A stretch of 59,955 nt of DNA, counting the filler. It is 6 parts of 6 records of this genome, joined end to end, with 100 filler letters (N's around TTAATTAATTAA, not from the genome) between each part and the next. Parts side by side here need not be neighbours in the genome. Positions count along the whole stretch, not along the records: positions 16,197 to 31,716 come from SRR20825019_654; 5 more parts are not named here. One strand, written 5' to 3'. Positions 17,522-27,072 of the stretch are shown here, piece by piece. The translations under genes and the position numbers were made by a program. Numbering within the stretch: the stretch's first letter is position 1; each line of letters starts with the position of its first letter. Under the pieces are notes generated by a model. The model worked only from the letters and a program-made list of their open reading frames with translations. It had not been told where the DNA came from and made no database searches.

Positions 17522-18049
17522 ATGTTTGAAAAATTTCGCAGCGCGGCCATAGGCCTTAGTGTTCTGGTCATTCTGGCGGGGGTTGGTCTATACATCCTCG
17601 TGCAAACTGGCGGCGGCGATAAAATTTTCGGGGGCAAGGAAGGAACTTTGCCCCCTGTTGACTTCCATGCGCTCAATCGTGCGTTTGACGACCCGAGCTA
17701 TCTGCTGTGCAGCAAGGACCTGTGCGCGAACGCGGAAGTAGACGGCCCTGCCCCCCGCTTTGAGGTAGATGCCCAGACCCTCCGGCTCGCGCTTGCGGAT
17801 TATACCGACAACATGCCCACGGTGCGCACCTTCCGGTTCGACCCCATGGCCAACCAGTTTGATTTCACCGAGCGTTTGCCCGGCGAAAGCCTACCGTCTG
17901 TTGTTACAGTCCGCATTATCGACAAGGGCAATTACGCCAGTGAAATGGTGATCTACAGCCGCACACCCGTGGGTGACAGCAACGCCGAGGATCATGAAGA
18001 GCGTGTCACACGCTGGATCAGGATGATCTCGTCACGGCTCGTGAACTAA
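17522..18049 (+). CDS. DUF1499-like periplasmic protein
   Basis: TM anchor, PVDF..L, YLLCSKDLC, IYSRTPVGDS motif. Confidence 0.65.
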   Translation: MFEKFRSAAIGLSVLVILAGVGLYILVQTGGGDKIFGGKEGTLPPVDFHALNRAFDDPSYLLCSKDLCANAEVDGPAPRFEVDAQTLRLALADYTDNMPTVRTFRFDPMANQFDFTERLPGESLPSVVTVRIIDKGNYASEMVIYSRTPVGDSNAEDHEERVTRWIRMISSRLVN

Positions 18050-18055
18050 CGGTTC

Positions 18056-18562
18056 TCAGTAACTTTCGCTATCAAACTCATCATCGCTATGCTGCGCGTA
18101 TGCACTGCTCGCAACAACGCTGTTTGTTGAGGTGTTGCTGAGCGCGCTAGCCGCAGCCGTTTGTCCCTGCGGGCTGGCTTCCTGCCCAGAGGTAAGCGCT
18201 GCGAACTGGCGGTTGAGCGCGATTGTTTCCCTCACACTTGCCTGCACATTCAGGTAACTGTCCCGCGCGCGGCCAAGGCTTGAGATAGGCGGCAGCGGTG
18301 CGCTGGCTTCCTGTGTTCTGGTCTCTGCAAGGGCAAACTGCACCCCGGTTGAAAGCAAACCACTGCCCGGCCGTGGGCTGTTGTCCTGAAAAGCCGTACT
18401 GACGGCAGAGGCGGAAGAAAGGGCAGAGCTATCGGAAGACAGGCTACGGGAGAACTCCCCCGACCGCGCTTCGCTTGCGCCAGAGGGCCGGGCACCTGCC
18501 CGTTCCGTACGCGTTATAGGGGCCGCAGACTGCGACCTCATGGCAAATGTTGCATCCGCCAT
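18056..18562 (-). CDS. Hypothetical Ser/Ala-rich protein
   Basis: 168-aa ORF filling the gap; low complexity. Confidence 0.55.
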   Translation of the reverse strand: MADATFAMRSQSAAPITRTERAGARPSGASEARSGEFSRSLSSDSSALSSASAVSTAFQDNSPRPGSGLLSTGVQFALAETRTQEASAPLPPISSLGRARDSYLNVQASVRETIALNRQFAALTSGQEASPQGQTAAASALSNTSTNSVVASSAYAQHSDDEFDSESY

Positions 18563-18782
18563 TCAAGCACCCAAAAATTTTCACCCACACCAATTTATCG
18601 CGCTATGGGCCCAAAAGGCAACGCAGAACCGCAAAAAGCCGCTAATAGTTGCTGGAATGCCCCCGATTGCTGTGCTATCGCTCAAGCCGCAAACGGTGTG
18701 TTCTGGCTACCTGCTCGGCAGAGAGGGAAGGTGCTTAAGGGGGGCTCACTGATAAAACTCAAGATAAAAGCGAAAAGTTGAC

Positions 18783-19571
18783 ATGGATAATAATACCCTC
18801 GCGATTTACATTCACGAACTTAGAAACCAGTGCCTGCATGCTGAAGCGTCATTCAACATCTTCAACCAGGCGATGACAAACCGCATGGGGTCCGGCATCC
18901 TTTATGGCGGCCAAATGATTCTCATTCCCGGCAGCCAGATCGCATCTGTGCTGTGGCCAACTCGTGCCCGCGCTCGCGCTCGCGGCGAAGCGCTGAGGAA
19001 AGTGCTGCAGCTGCCGGAGAAGCACCCGCTGAACGACCGTCGCCTTTGCGAACTGTGGGAGCGTTCAGACGAGAAGCTTGAGGAATGGATCACAGACACA
19101 CGCGGCCAACAGGTTATTTTTGACTTTGTGGGTGACCCTGCAACGGTTGGGGACGGCAAGACACCAGACGCGTGTATCTACCGCGCCTATAACCCTGCAG
19201 CCCGCATCTACTGGTATCGCGGTGTTGCCTATAACCTGCAGGCTGTTGCCAACGCACTGACAGACGTGGCAACCCGCGTAAACGCTGTTTACCGCCAGAT
19301 GTTCCCTGAGCAGGCAAAAGCGGAAGACGAAGCGCGCCGCCAGGCAATGGAAGCACAGCAGGCAGCACAAGCCGCTCAGGCAGCAGCGCCCGCACAAGTC
19401 GCCGCTGAAGCAGCGCCGACCGCAGCCCCTGCAGCAAACGACACCGCAGACGAGCCAAAGGCAAAACCTGCGAAAAAGGCTGCAGCCAAAAAACCAGCTG
19501 CAAAAAAGACTGCCGCTAAAAAAGCTGCGCCTAAAAAGGCTGCCCCGAAAAAAGCCGCAAAGAGCGACTAA
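18783..19571 (+). CDS. Hypothetical protein with C-terminal histone-H1-like Lys/Ala tail
   Basis: Globular N-terminal ~170 aa, Ala/Gln linker, PAKKAAAKKPAAKKTAAKKAAPKK repeats; followed by terminator. Confidence 0.85.
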   Translation: MDNNTLAIYIHELRNQCLHAEASFNIFNQAMTNRMGSGILYGGQMILIPGSQIASVLWPTRARARARGEALRKVLQLPEKHPLNDRRLCELWERSDEKLEEWITDTRGQQVIFDFVGDPATVGDGKTPDACIYRAYNPAARIYWYRGVAYNLQAVANALTDVATRVNAVYRQMFPEQAKAEDEARRQAMEAQQAAQAAQAAAPAQVAAEAAPTAAPAANDTADEPKAKPAKKAAAKKPAAKKTAAKKAAPKKAAPKKAAKSD

Positions 19572-19584
19572 GCAGAAATATGGT

Positions 19585-19616
19585 GAAAAGGGTGGGCCGT
19601 TTGCCTGCCCTTTTTC
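19585..19616 (+). terminator. Intrinsic terminator
   Basis: GAAAAGGGTGGGC-CGTTT-GCCTGCCCTTTTTC. Confidence 0.75.
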
Positions 19617-19721
19617 GCACCTGTGGGCCGGGTTACCGGGGTATTTGCACAGGAGAATAAATTCTGTAAGATATCGCCGCTTGGGCCTGAATACCGCACT
19701 AACCAAAGGAATTGTGCACCG

Positions 19722-20069
19722 ATGAAAAAACATTTGTCTCTTGTATTTGCCGCTGCACTGTTTGGAAGCCTGCCAGCCATGGCGCTAGACTGTGGCGAGC
19801 CGCCAATGCAGCAGCCACCTGTACCAGACGGCAGCCGTGCATCCGCTGATGATATCCGCGATGCCCGTGATGCTGTGCTGACTTATTCACGCTCCGTCGA
19901 CGAGTATCTGACCTGTATGGACCAACGCGCGCCGGTTATTCTGCCGTACCTGACCAAGGAACAGAAAGCCCGCTGGGATGAAGACCTCACCCAGATCCAC
20001 AACGAGCGGCGTGACCTGCAGGTTAAGCTCAATGAAGCGATCCGGGCTTACCGCCGTCAGGACAGCTAA
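19722..20069 (+). CDS. Small secreted hypothetical protein (two Cys)
   Basis: Signal peptide MKKHLSLV..AMA; C..PPVPDG..A...YLTC. Confidence 0.75.
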   Translation: MKKHLSLVFAAALFGSLPAMALDCGEPPMQQPPVPDGSRASADDIRDARDAVLTYSRSVDEYLTCMDQRAPVILPYLTKEQKARWDEDLTQIHNERRDLQVKLNEAIRAYRRQDS

Positions 20070-20099
20070 AAGAGCGATACCCACACCAGAGTGACCAGT

Positions 20100-20125
20100 A
20101 AGGGGCTTCCAGAGCCCCTTTTTTT
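20100..20125 (+). terminator. Intrinsic terminator
   Basis: AAGGGGCT-TCCAG-AGCCCCTTTTTTT. Confidence 0.8.
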
Positions 20126-20237
20126 GTGCGCTGCCCACAATCGCCTGACATTATTGGACTATAGCGTCCATAAAATTTGACAGCCCCCACTTGCCGCCCC
20201 ATCTTCATTTCCAACCAATAAAACAAGGGGATGATCC

Positions 20238-21377
20238 ATGCTTGCACGCCGCGCCGTTTACGATGAAGAGCACCATATTTTCCGGGATGCTGTCCGTAAA
20301 TTCTTTGAAGCTGAAGCCACGCCGCACGCGGCAGCATGGTCAAAAGCGGGCCAGGTTCCCCGCGAGTTTTGGAACAAGGCGGGCGAAGCGGGCATCCTCT
20401 GCCCCCAACTGCCGGAAGAATTTGGCGGTGTTGGTGGTGACTACCGCCTGAACTGCATCATCAACGAAGAACAGGTTTATAACCGCGCGGGCGGCGCGGG
20501 CCTTGCGGTGCATTCAGACATTGTAGCGCCCTACCTGCTGCACTACGGCTCAGACGACCTCAAGGAACGCATCCTGCCGAAAATGGCCACAGGCGAGATG
20601 GTCGGCGCTATCGCCATGACAGAGCCCGGCACCGGCAGTGACCTTCAGGGCATCAAAACCACCGCAAAGCTGGATGGCAACCACTATGTGGTCAATGGAT
20701 CCAAAACCTTCATCTCCAATGGCCAGAACTGTGATTTTGTCATTGTCGCTTGCAAAACCGACCCCAAGGAAGGCGCCAAGGGCGTGAGCCTTGTGGTGGT
20801 GGAATGCGACCGGGAGGGTTTCCGTCGTGGCCGCAACCTTGAGAAAATTGGCCAGCATTCGTCGGATACGTCCGAGCTGTTTTTTGACGAAGTGCGTGTG
20901 CCCGCCACCAACCTCATCGGGCACGAGGGCGCGGGTTTCATGTATCTGATGCAGCAATTGCCACAGGAACGGCTGTCCATCGGTGTTATCGCCATGGCGG
21001 GGGCACAGCGCGCATTTGATATCACGCTTGATTATGTGAAAGAGCGGCAGGCTTTTGGCCGCCCGATCGCTGCGTTCCAGAACACCCGCTTCAAGCTTGC
21101 TGAAATGAAAACCGAGATCGATGTTGGTTGGGCCTTTATCGACCAATGCCTGGCGCGCCATGTGAAGGGTGAACTTGATGCTGTGGGCGGCGCCATGTCA
21201 AAACTCTGGACCACCGAGATGCAGGGCCGTATCGTGGATACATGCGTGCAGTTGCATGGCGGGTATGGTTTCATGGCAGAGTATGAAATCGCCCATCATT
21301 TCACCGATAGCCGGGTACAGCGTATCTATGGCGGCACGTCTGAGATCATGAAGGAACTTATCGGCCGTTCGCTTTAG
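20238..21377 (+). CDS. Acyl-CoA dehydrogenase (LCAD-like)
   Basis: AIAMTEPGTGSDLQ, GSKTFISNG, QERL, QLHGGYG, IYGGTSEIMK. Confidence 0.95.
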   Translation: MLARRAVYDEEHHIFRDAVRKFFEAEATPHAAAWSKAGQVPREFWNKAGEAGILCPQLPEEFGGVGGDYRLNCIINEEQVYNRAGGAGLAVHSDIVAPYLLHYGSDDLKERILPKMATGEMVGAIAMTEPGTGSDLQGIKTTAKLDGNHYVVNGSKTFISNGQNCDFVIVACKTDPKEGAKGVSLVVVECDREGFRRGRNLEKIGQHSSDTSELFFDEVRVPATNLIGHEGAGFMYLMQQLPQERLSIGVIAMAGAQRAFDITLDYVKERQAFGRPIAAFQNTRFKLAEMKTEIDVGWAFIDQCLARHVKGELDAVGGAMSKLWTTEMQGRIVDTCVQLHGGYGFMAEYEIAHHFTDSRVQRIYGGTSEIMKELIGRSL

Positions 21378-21402
21378 CGGGCGCTATTATCAAGCAGGTT
21401 AT

Positions 21403-22356
21403 ATGTCACTTCCCTCCCTTACCGCTGTCATCTGTTTTGCCAATGAAGGCGAGGAAGTTGAAACGACGGTGCGCGGCCTTCGTGAAACCTGCGGCGATGA
21501 TATAGATATCCTGCTGATCAATGACGCCTCGGATGACGGACTCGATTATGAAAGCGTCGCAGACAGGTACGGCTGCCGGTATCTTCTGAACGAAAGCCAG
21601 ATCGGCCCGGCCCATAGCCGCCACAAGGGTGCAAGCTGGGCCAAAACGGACAATGTCATCTTCCTTGATGCTCATATGCGGTTTTATGAACAAGGTTGGC
21701 ATACTGTCGTCAATGAGATGATCTTTGAGCATCCCGCCACGCTCTTTTGCACCAAAAGCAGGCCCCTGAAAACCGGGGGCGAAGCCTCTGGCGCACCCGT
21801 TGGGCACGGGGCCAGCATGATCTTCGGCGCGGATAATTTTAATGCGGCGCTGAAACCGGACTGGAACATCTACCCCATCGAAGGTGACGGCCCGGCCTAT
21901 GTGCCTTGCGTGCTGGGCGGCAACTATGCTGTCAGCCGCGATTTTTTCCTCAGCATCGGTGGCTACAGGGGCCTTCACAGGTATGGCGGGGAAGAAGCGC
22001 TGATCAGTATCAAAACCTGGCTTTCGGGCGGCAACTGCCAACTGATCAGGGATGTGGAAATCGGCCATATCTACCGGGACGGACGCGGCGCGCCGTGGAA
22101 AGACAAGGTGCAATACTTCCATTTCAACAAACTGGCGACCGCGGAAATCCTGTTTGATGCGGAAGAAAAGGCACAGTATTTTGAGCTTCTGGAAGCCCTG
22201 CCGGAAGGCAAGTCTGCCAAACGTGTGTTTACGAGCCGTCGGTCTTTTGTGCAAAGCGCCAGAAAAGTCTTTCAGGCGGTAAAGCGCCACCCCATGGCCT
22301 ATTATTACGAGTTGAACGCGGCCTTTCGCCGCCGGGAAACCATCACGCCCGAGTAA
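21403..22356 (+). CDS. GT-A glycosyltransferase (GT2 with GT27/ppGalNAc-T-like motifs)
   Basis: LINDASDD, VIFLDAH, GGNYAVSRDFF.SIGGY....YGGEE..ISIKTWLSGG......IGHIYR. Confidence 0.88.
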   Translation: MSLPSLTAVICFANEGEEVETTVRGLRETCGDDIDILLINDASDDGLDYESVADRYGCRYLLNESQIGPAHSRHKGASWAKTDNVIFLDAHMRFYEQGWHTVVNEMIFEHPATLFCTKSRPLKTGGEASGAPVGHGASMIFGADNFNAALKPDWNIYPIEGDGPAYVPCVLGGNYAVSRDFFLSIGGYRGLHRYGGEEALISIKTWLSGGNCQLIRDVEIGHIYRDGRGAPWKDKVQYFHFNKLATAEILFDAEEKAQYFELLEALPEGKSAKRVFTSRRSFVQSARKVFQAVKRHPMAYYYELNAAFRRRETITPE

Positions 22357-22452
22357 GCGCCAACACTGATTGCAGGCCGTCACACTTCATGCTAGACCGG
22401 GCAAAAGTACGGCGCTCCGGCGCCCCATCTTGCACTTACAAAGGACACATCA

Positions 22453-22632
22453 ATGGCCCGTCAGAGAGTCACCCTGCAAGCGAACCTGCCCCATGGCACT
22501 TTTTACTGGGTTACCGAGGTGAATGCAGGCACAGAAGAAGAAGCTGTGGTCGCAGCTGAAAACCTGTTTCTGGCCGAGATGGAAAATATCGACGAGTGGG
22601 AATTTACCGATTTTGAGGTTGCCAACGCTTAA
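22453..22632 (+). CDS. Small acidic hypothetical protein (59 aa, below ORF-track cutoff)
   Basis: AAGGA RBS; MARQRVTLQANLPHGTFYWVTEVNAGTEEEAVVAAENLFLAEMENIDEWEFTDFEVANA*. Confidence 0.75.
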   Translation: MARQRVTLQANLPHGTFYWVTEVNAGTEEEAVVAAENLFLAEMENIDEWEFTDFEVANA

Positions 22633-22653
22633 GGCCGCGCAAAGACCACCTCG

Positions 22654-23235
22654 TTACCCTTGAGGGGCATCTGCCACACATGCAGGGGCTCTCTTTTCCA
22701 ACCAGCGATCCAGCGCCTCCAATGAGGTTTCCCACTTCTCTGCGTGGTCGTCCTTTTCCCTGAAAAACCAGAACCGTGCATTATAGGCCTTGGGCCGGAT
22801 AACTTCGGTTATCAACACACGCGTTGAACATTCACCTTCTGGTTTCAGCTCAATACGGAACCAGCGCTGGTCATTGTCTGATTCCTGAATGGTCGCAAAC
22901 ACCCGGCCCGGCAAAACCTCGCTGGTTTGTTCCATGGCATGCCACCGTTTGCCGCGCTTCCGCCAGAAAACAAGCCGGGTTGCGTCCGTCTCGGTCGCCT
23001 CACCTTTCAAGCGTTGCAGGTCAATCAGCTCAGCCTGCCAGCGTTCCCGGTTCTCATCACTTGTGGCCCAGGGCCAGATGGCTTCAGCGCTATAAGGCAG
23101 CACGGCTTCTTCAGAGATTTCAAAACCCGCATCAATCACGATAATCAGGCGGAAGATCACACTCACCGCAAAGGCCGCCAGCGCAGCCACCACCGATTTG
23201 TGATACAGGTTCCAATCTCTAAAGCGGTCTTTCAC
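22654..23235 (-). CDS. SRPBCC/START-like domain protein with N-terminal TM helix
   Basis: SAEAIWPWATSDENRERW and C-terminal WETSLEALDRWLE helix. Confidence 0.7.
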   Translation of the reverse strand: MKDRFRDWNLYHKSVVAALAAFAVSVIFRLIIVIDAGFEISEEAVLPYSAEAIWPWATSDENRERWQAELIDLQRLKGEATETDATRLVFWRKRGKRWHAMEQTSEVLPGRVFATIQESDNDQRWFRIELKPEGECSTRVLITEVIRPKAYNARFWFFREKDDHAEKWETSLEALDRWLEKRAPACVADAPQG

Positions 23236-23323
23236 TGCTATTCCCCTTGACCAACGTTGGCACCAGCCCCAGTTTTACAGTCTGCTGCAAATGAATGCAG
23301 CGGACAATGTCTGGGGAGGGCAT

Positions 23324-23713
23324 ATGACGATCACCCTTATCTCTGCAAGCCTTTTAGGCCTGCTGCTCATTCATCTTTCTGTCAGGGTTTCAAAAAACCG
23401 GCAACGTGCCAAGGTCTCAATTGGTGACGGTGGCGATGAAATGCTAGCCAACGCCATCCGCGCCCATGGCAACCTGACAGAATTTGCACCTTTCTTTCTC
23501 ATCCTGCTGGGCCTTCTGGAGTTTCGCGAGGCAAACCCCGTGCTTCTTCTGGTGCTGGCTGCCGCCTTTGTGGTTGGCCGCTTCATGCATGGGCTGACCT
23601 TTGGGCGCTTTGAAGGGGCTAATCCGTTCCGCTTCTGGGGCACTATCCTGTCCTGGCTTTCTATTCTTGCGGCATCGATCATTGGTCTGCTTGACGGCTA
23701 CAATCTGCTATAA
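23324..23713 (+). CDS. MAPEG family membrane protein (YecN-like)
   Basis: VSIGDGGD....AIRAHGNLTEFAP...GRFMH. Confidence 0.9.
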   Translation: MTITLISASLLGLLLIHLSVRVSKNRQRAKVSIGDGGDEMLANAIRAHGNLTEFAPFFLILLGLLEFREANPVLLLVLAAAFVVGRFMHGLTFGRFEGANPFRFWGTILSWLSILAASIIGLLDGYNLL

Positions 23714-23763
23714 TCATGCGCCGGAGGCGCGGTGACCGTTACGGCGCCTCCATCATCCCGGCA

Positions 23764-24264
23764 TCAAGACGTTTTGCCGCGTTCCTCGTCACTTTCACCT
23801 CTCACATGCTGCATGGAAAACCCGCCAATGATCAGCGTCAGCGACACTGCGATGAAAGCCATGACCGCGAGCAGGTAAAACCCGAAACCGAGCGACAAGC
23901 CAATCGCGCCGGACGCCCATATGCTGGCACCCGTGGCGGTACCCACCACATTGTCCCCCCGCTTAAGGATTGCACCAGCACCCAAAAAGCCGATCCCCGT
24001 CATCACACCTGAGATGATTTTGGATAAGTCAACCAGCACCGGCTCACCCACATGGGCATAGTCCGCATAAAGCTCCTGCCCCATGATAGCCAGAACGCAG
24101 CTGCTGGCGGCAATGATCATGAAGGCCCGGAAGTCCATGGGCTTCCTCTTGCGGTCCCGGTCAAGGCCGATCACCGCGCTAAAAAGCATGGCCAGCCCGA
24201 CGCGCAACAGCAGTTCACGACCAGAGACGATGCTCAGACTAAGTTCAGCTAAAATGTTTTCCAT
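23764..24264 (-). CDS. MgtC/SapB family protein
   Basis: IGLDR..K..DFRAF, GIGFLGAGAIL, GTATGASIW. Confidence 0.9.
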   Translation of the reverse strand: MENILAELSLSIVSGRELLLRVGLAMLFSAVIGLDRDRKRKPMDFRAFMIIAASSCVLAIMGQELYADYAHVGEPVLVDLSKIISGVMTGIGFLGAGAILKRGDNVVGTATGASIWASGAIGLSLGFGFYLLAVMAFIAVSLTLIIGGFSMQHVRGESDEERGKTS

Positions 24265-24317
24265 GCACCAAGCATGGCTGTACTTCTTGACGAAATTCTG
24301 GCGGGTAGCGAATAAGC

Positions 24318-24959
24318 CTATTTGTCGGAAAGCGCGAGCCGTGCACCAAGGCCAATAAGCGTGACACCTGAAAGCGCCTGCACAATCTTTGGCCCTGCAC
24401 CAGACGACTTCATTTTCCGCGCGACCTTGTCTGCCGCCATGATCACCACCACGTCCGCTGTGCTGAATGAGATATTCACAAAAGCCCCTAGCACAAGGAA
24501 CTGCGCCCACACGGGCAACCCCGCCGCCGCATCAACAAACTGCGGCAGGAAGGCGATGAAAAAGATCGCGACCTTGGGGTTGAGGATTTCTACCCACATG
24601 CTTTCAATAAACGCGCGACGGGCTGTTTTAGGTGCACCGGATGCCCCGGCCCCTACAGGCATCTCGCTGGCCACTTTTTGCCTTATCAAGCTGATGCCAA
24701 GCCAAACGAGGTAAACAGCACCCACTATTTTCACCACCATATAGGCCGCTGGTACGTGAATGAATATGGCGGACAGCCCAAGGGCTGCTGCAATCACATG
24801 CACATAGCACCCGAAGTGGATGCCAAGTGCGGCCATAAAGCCAGCCCGTTTACCTCGCGCCAGTGTTTGTGCGGCCGTATATAAAATCGCAGGGCCCGGC
24901 ACAAACGCGAAGATAGCCGTGGCGATAAAAAATGGTATCAGATGCTCAAATGACGGCAT
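24318..24959 (-). CDS. LysE/RhtB family translocator
   Basis: PGPA, GAVYLVWLG, LNPKVAIFFIAFLPQF. Confidence 0.93.
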   Translation of the reverse strand: MPSFEHLIPFFIATAIFAFVPGPAILYTAAQTLARGKRAGFMAALGIHFGCYVHVIAAALGLSAIFIHVPAAYMVVKIVGAVYLVWLGISLIRQKVASEMPVGAGASGAPKTARRAFIESMWVEILNPKVAIFFIAFLPQFVDAAAGLPVWAQFLVLGAFVNISFSTADVVVIMAADKVARKMKSSGAGPKIVQALSGVTLIGLGARLALSDK

Positions 24960-25218
24960 GTCACAACCTTTTGCCTGCAGTTAACTGACGGGCATGCATT
25001 GTGCAGCATCTGGATGATTGCTTCAATCTGCTATCGCCGCCCTACCCGTAGCTATTTTTCCTGCAACGCGGACGTCAGGTCGGTGAGCGCGGCGTCACCA
25101 TCTGCTTCAAGTTTCCGCTATGAGGGTGCGCTGCGTGTTGACGTGAGCGCTCCGTCGGCACATAAGGTGCCCGCGAGGCTCTTGGAGCCACAGGTGTTTT
25201 CTACTGAGGCATTTTTAC

Positions 25219-27063
25219 GTGACGGCAGCCCATCTGAGACAGGAGCCTTTTGTTCTGCTCGACGATAGCAGACCTCCGCATCTTGCGGGGCACTCCCTTC
25301 TGTTTCATAGCCCACAAGAAATTGTCACCGCACACAGCTTTGACGAAGTTGGCCCAGCACTTGAAAGCATTGACGCTTTGCAGCAACAAGGCCTTCATGT
25401 CGCCGGCTGGATATCCTATGAATGTGCCGCGCATTTTGAGCCACGCTTGAGCGCTGTCATCAAAAACAAAGCGCCTGAACCGCTTATATGGATGATGGCA
25501 ACCGAGCATAGGCTGGAACTTGCCGCCCATGAACTGACGGACATGTTTTTCCGGGCACGGCGAGGAAATGGCCGCCCATCGAACCTGAACTTCGGTGAAA
25601 GCGGGGAGACCAAAAAAAGCTATGCGGAAGCACTGGCTCGTATCCACGCTTATATTGAAGCGGGCGATGTATACCAGATCAACCACACCTTTCAGCTACC
25701 CGCCGACCTCGACGGTGACTTTTTAGCACTTTATGAAGACCTGAGGCACAATCAGCCCGTGCCGTTTGGTGCCCTGATAAACACCGGTGCGTGGCGGGTT
25801 CTGTCGCTTTCGCCTGAGTTGTTTGTGGAACGCAGCGGCAACGCACTGACATCTCGCCCCATGAAGGGCACAGCCCCCAGGGGCCGCAACAATGAGGAAG
25901 ACGCCGCACAGGCCAACTTCCTGCAGACAGACGCCAAGTCCCGCGCCGAGAACCTGATGATCGTTGATCTGATCAGGAACGACCTCAGCCGCATCGCCCT
26001 GCCCGCAAGCGTTACCGTACCTGCGCTTTTTGAGGTCGAGCGGTACCCGACCCTGCATCAGATGACCTCAACGGTAACAGCGGCCGTGCCGGAAGGTTTG
26101 ACGCCATCCCAGCTACTGGCAGCTTTGTTTCCCTGCGGGTCCGTCACCGGTGCACCAAAAGTGCGTGCGCTCGAGATTATTGGTGAGTTAGAGAAATCAC
26201 CTCGCGGCATTTACTGTGGCGCTATTGGGCATTTCAGCCCCAAAATCCAGACCCAAAGTGCCCACTGGTGCCTGAACGTCCCAATTCGCACCGTTGTGCT
26301 GGATGAAAACGGCAAAGGCCGGATGAGTGTGGGCAGCGGTGTTGTTGCCGATAGCAATACAGAAAATGAATATGATGAGTGCCTGCTTAAAGCCCGGTTC
26401 GCGCAGCAACAGGCTGAAGACTTTTCCCTGATCGAGACCATGAGGCTGGACCAGAGTGGTGAGTACCATATGCTGGCTGCGCACCTAGGCAGGCTCAAGG
26501 CCAGTGCTGCCTATTTCAACTTCAATGTGGATGAGGCAGGCCTCAGGGACGCACTGGAAGACCACGCCGCCGCTTTTGAAGATAAAGACCTACCCCGCAG
26601 GGTCAGGGTGCTTTCCGGGCCCCGTGGTTCGGTTTCCATTACCAGTACACTGCTGCCAGCCTCGCCCGCCAAGCCGCTAACCGTTTGTTTAGCCAAAGAA
26701 CGTGTCGCCTCAGGCGACCCGTTCCTCGCGCATAAAACCACCAACCGCAAGATTTACGATGGTGCCTATGCTCGTGCATTCAAAGCCGAATATGCGGATA
26801 TTCTGTTCTTCAACGAGCATAACGAGTTGACCGAGGGCGCGATCAGCACGGTCTTTATTGTTTGTGATGGTCGCTGGTACACCCCGCCCCTTGAGGCGGG
26901 CGTGTTACCTGGCGTATTGCGCACCAGCCTTCTGGATGGTGAAGACCCGGCTGTTAACGTGCGCCCCATTTCAAAGGCGATGCTTTTGTCCGCCGACACG
27001 ATATATATCGGCAACAGTGTAAGAGGGCTGCGTGAGGTCACGCTCGCCCTGGTAGAGATGTAG
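25219..27063 (+). CDS. pabB: Aminodeoxychorismate synthase component I fused to ADC lyase/class IV aminotransferase domain
   Basis: SPELF, PMKGT, KSRAENLMIVDLIRND, FPCGSVTGAPK; C-terminal HKTTNR, LTEGAIS, GVLPGVLR. Confidence 0.92.
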   Translation: MTAAHLRQEPFVLLDDSRPPHLAGHSLLFHSPQEIVTAHSFDEVGPALESIDALQQQGLHVAGWISYECAAHFEPRLSAVIKNKAPEPLIWMMATEHRLELAAHELTDMFFRARRGNGRPSNLNFGESGETKKSYAEALARIHAYIEAGDVYQINHTFQLPADLDGDFLALYEDLRHNQPVPFGALINTGAWRVLSLSPELFVERSGNALTSRPMKGTAPRGRNNEEDAAQANFLQTDAKSRAENLMIVDLIRNDLSRIALPASVTVPALFEVERYPTLHQMTSTVTAAVPEGLTPSQLLAALFPCGSVTGAPKVRALEIIGELEKSPRGIYCGAIGHFSPKIQTQSAHWCLNVPIRTVVLDENGKGRMSVGSGVVADSNTENEYDECLLKARFAQQQAEDFSLIETMRLDQSGEYHMLAAHLGRLKASAAYFNFNVDEAGLRDALEDHAAAFEDKDLPRRVRVLSGPRGSVSITSTLLPASPAKPLTVCLAKERVASGDPFLAHKTTNRKIYDGAYARAFKAEYADILFFNEHNELTEGAISTVFIVCDGRWYTPPLEAGVLPGVLRTSLLDGEDPAVNVRPISKAMLLSADTIYIGNSVRGLREVTLALVEM

Positions 27064-27072
27064 GAGACCCCG

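Noticed and set aside
25219..27063. PabB-PabC fusion as a novelty
   Set aside because: This fusion is widespread in bacteria
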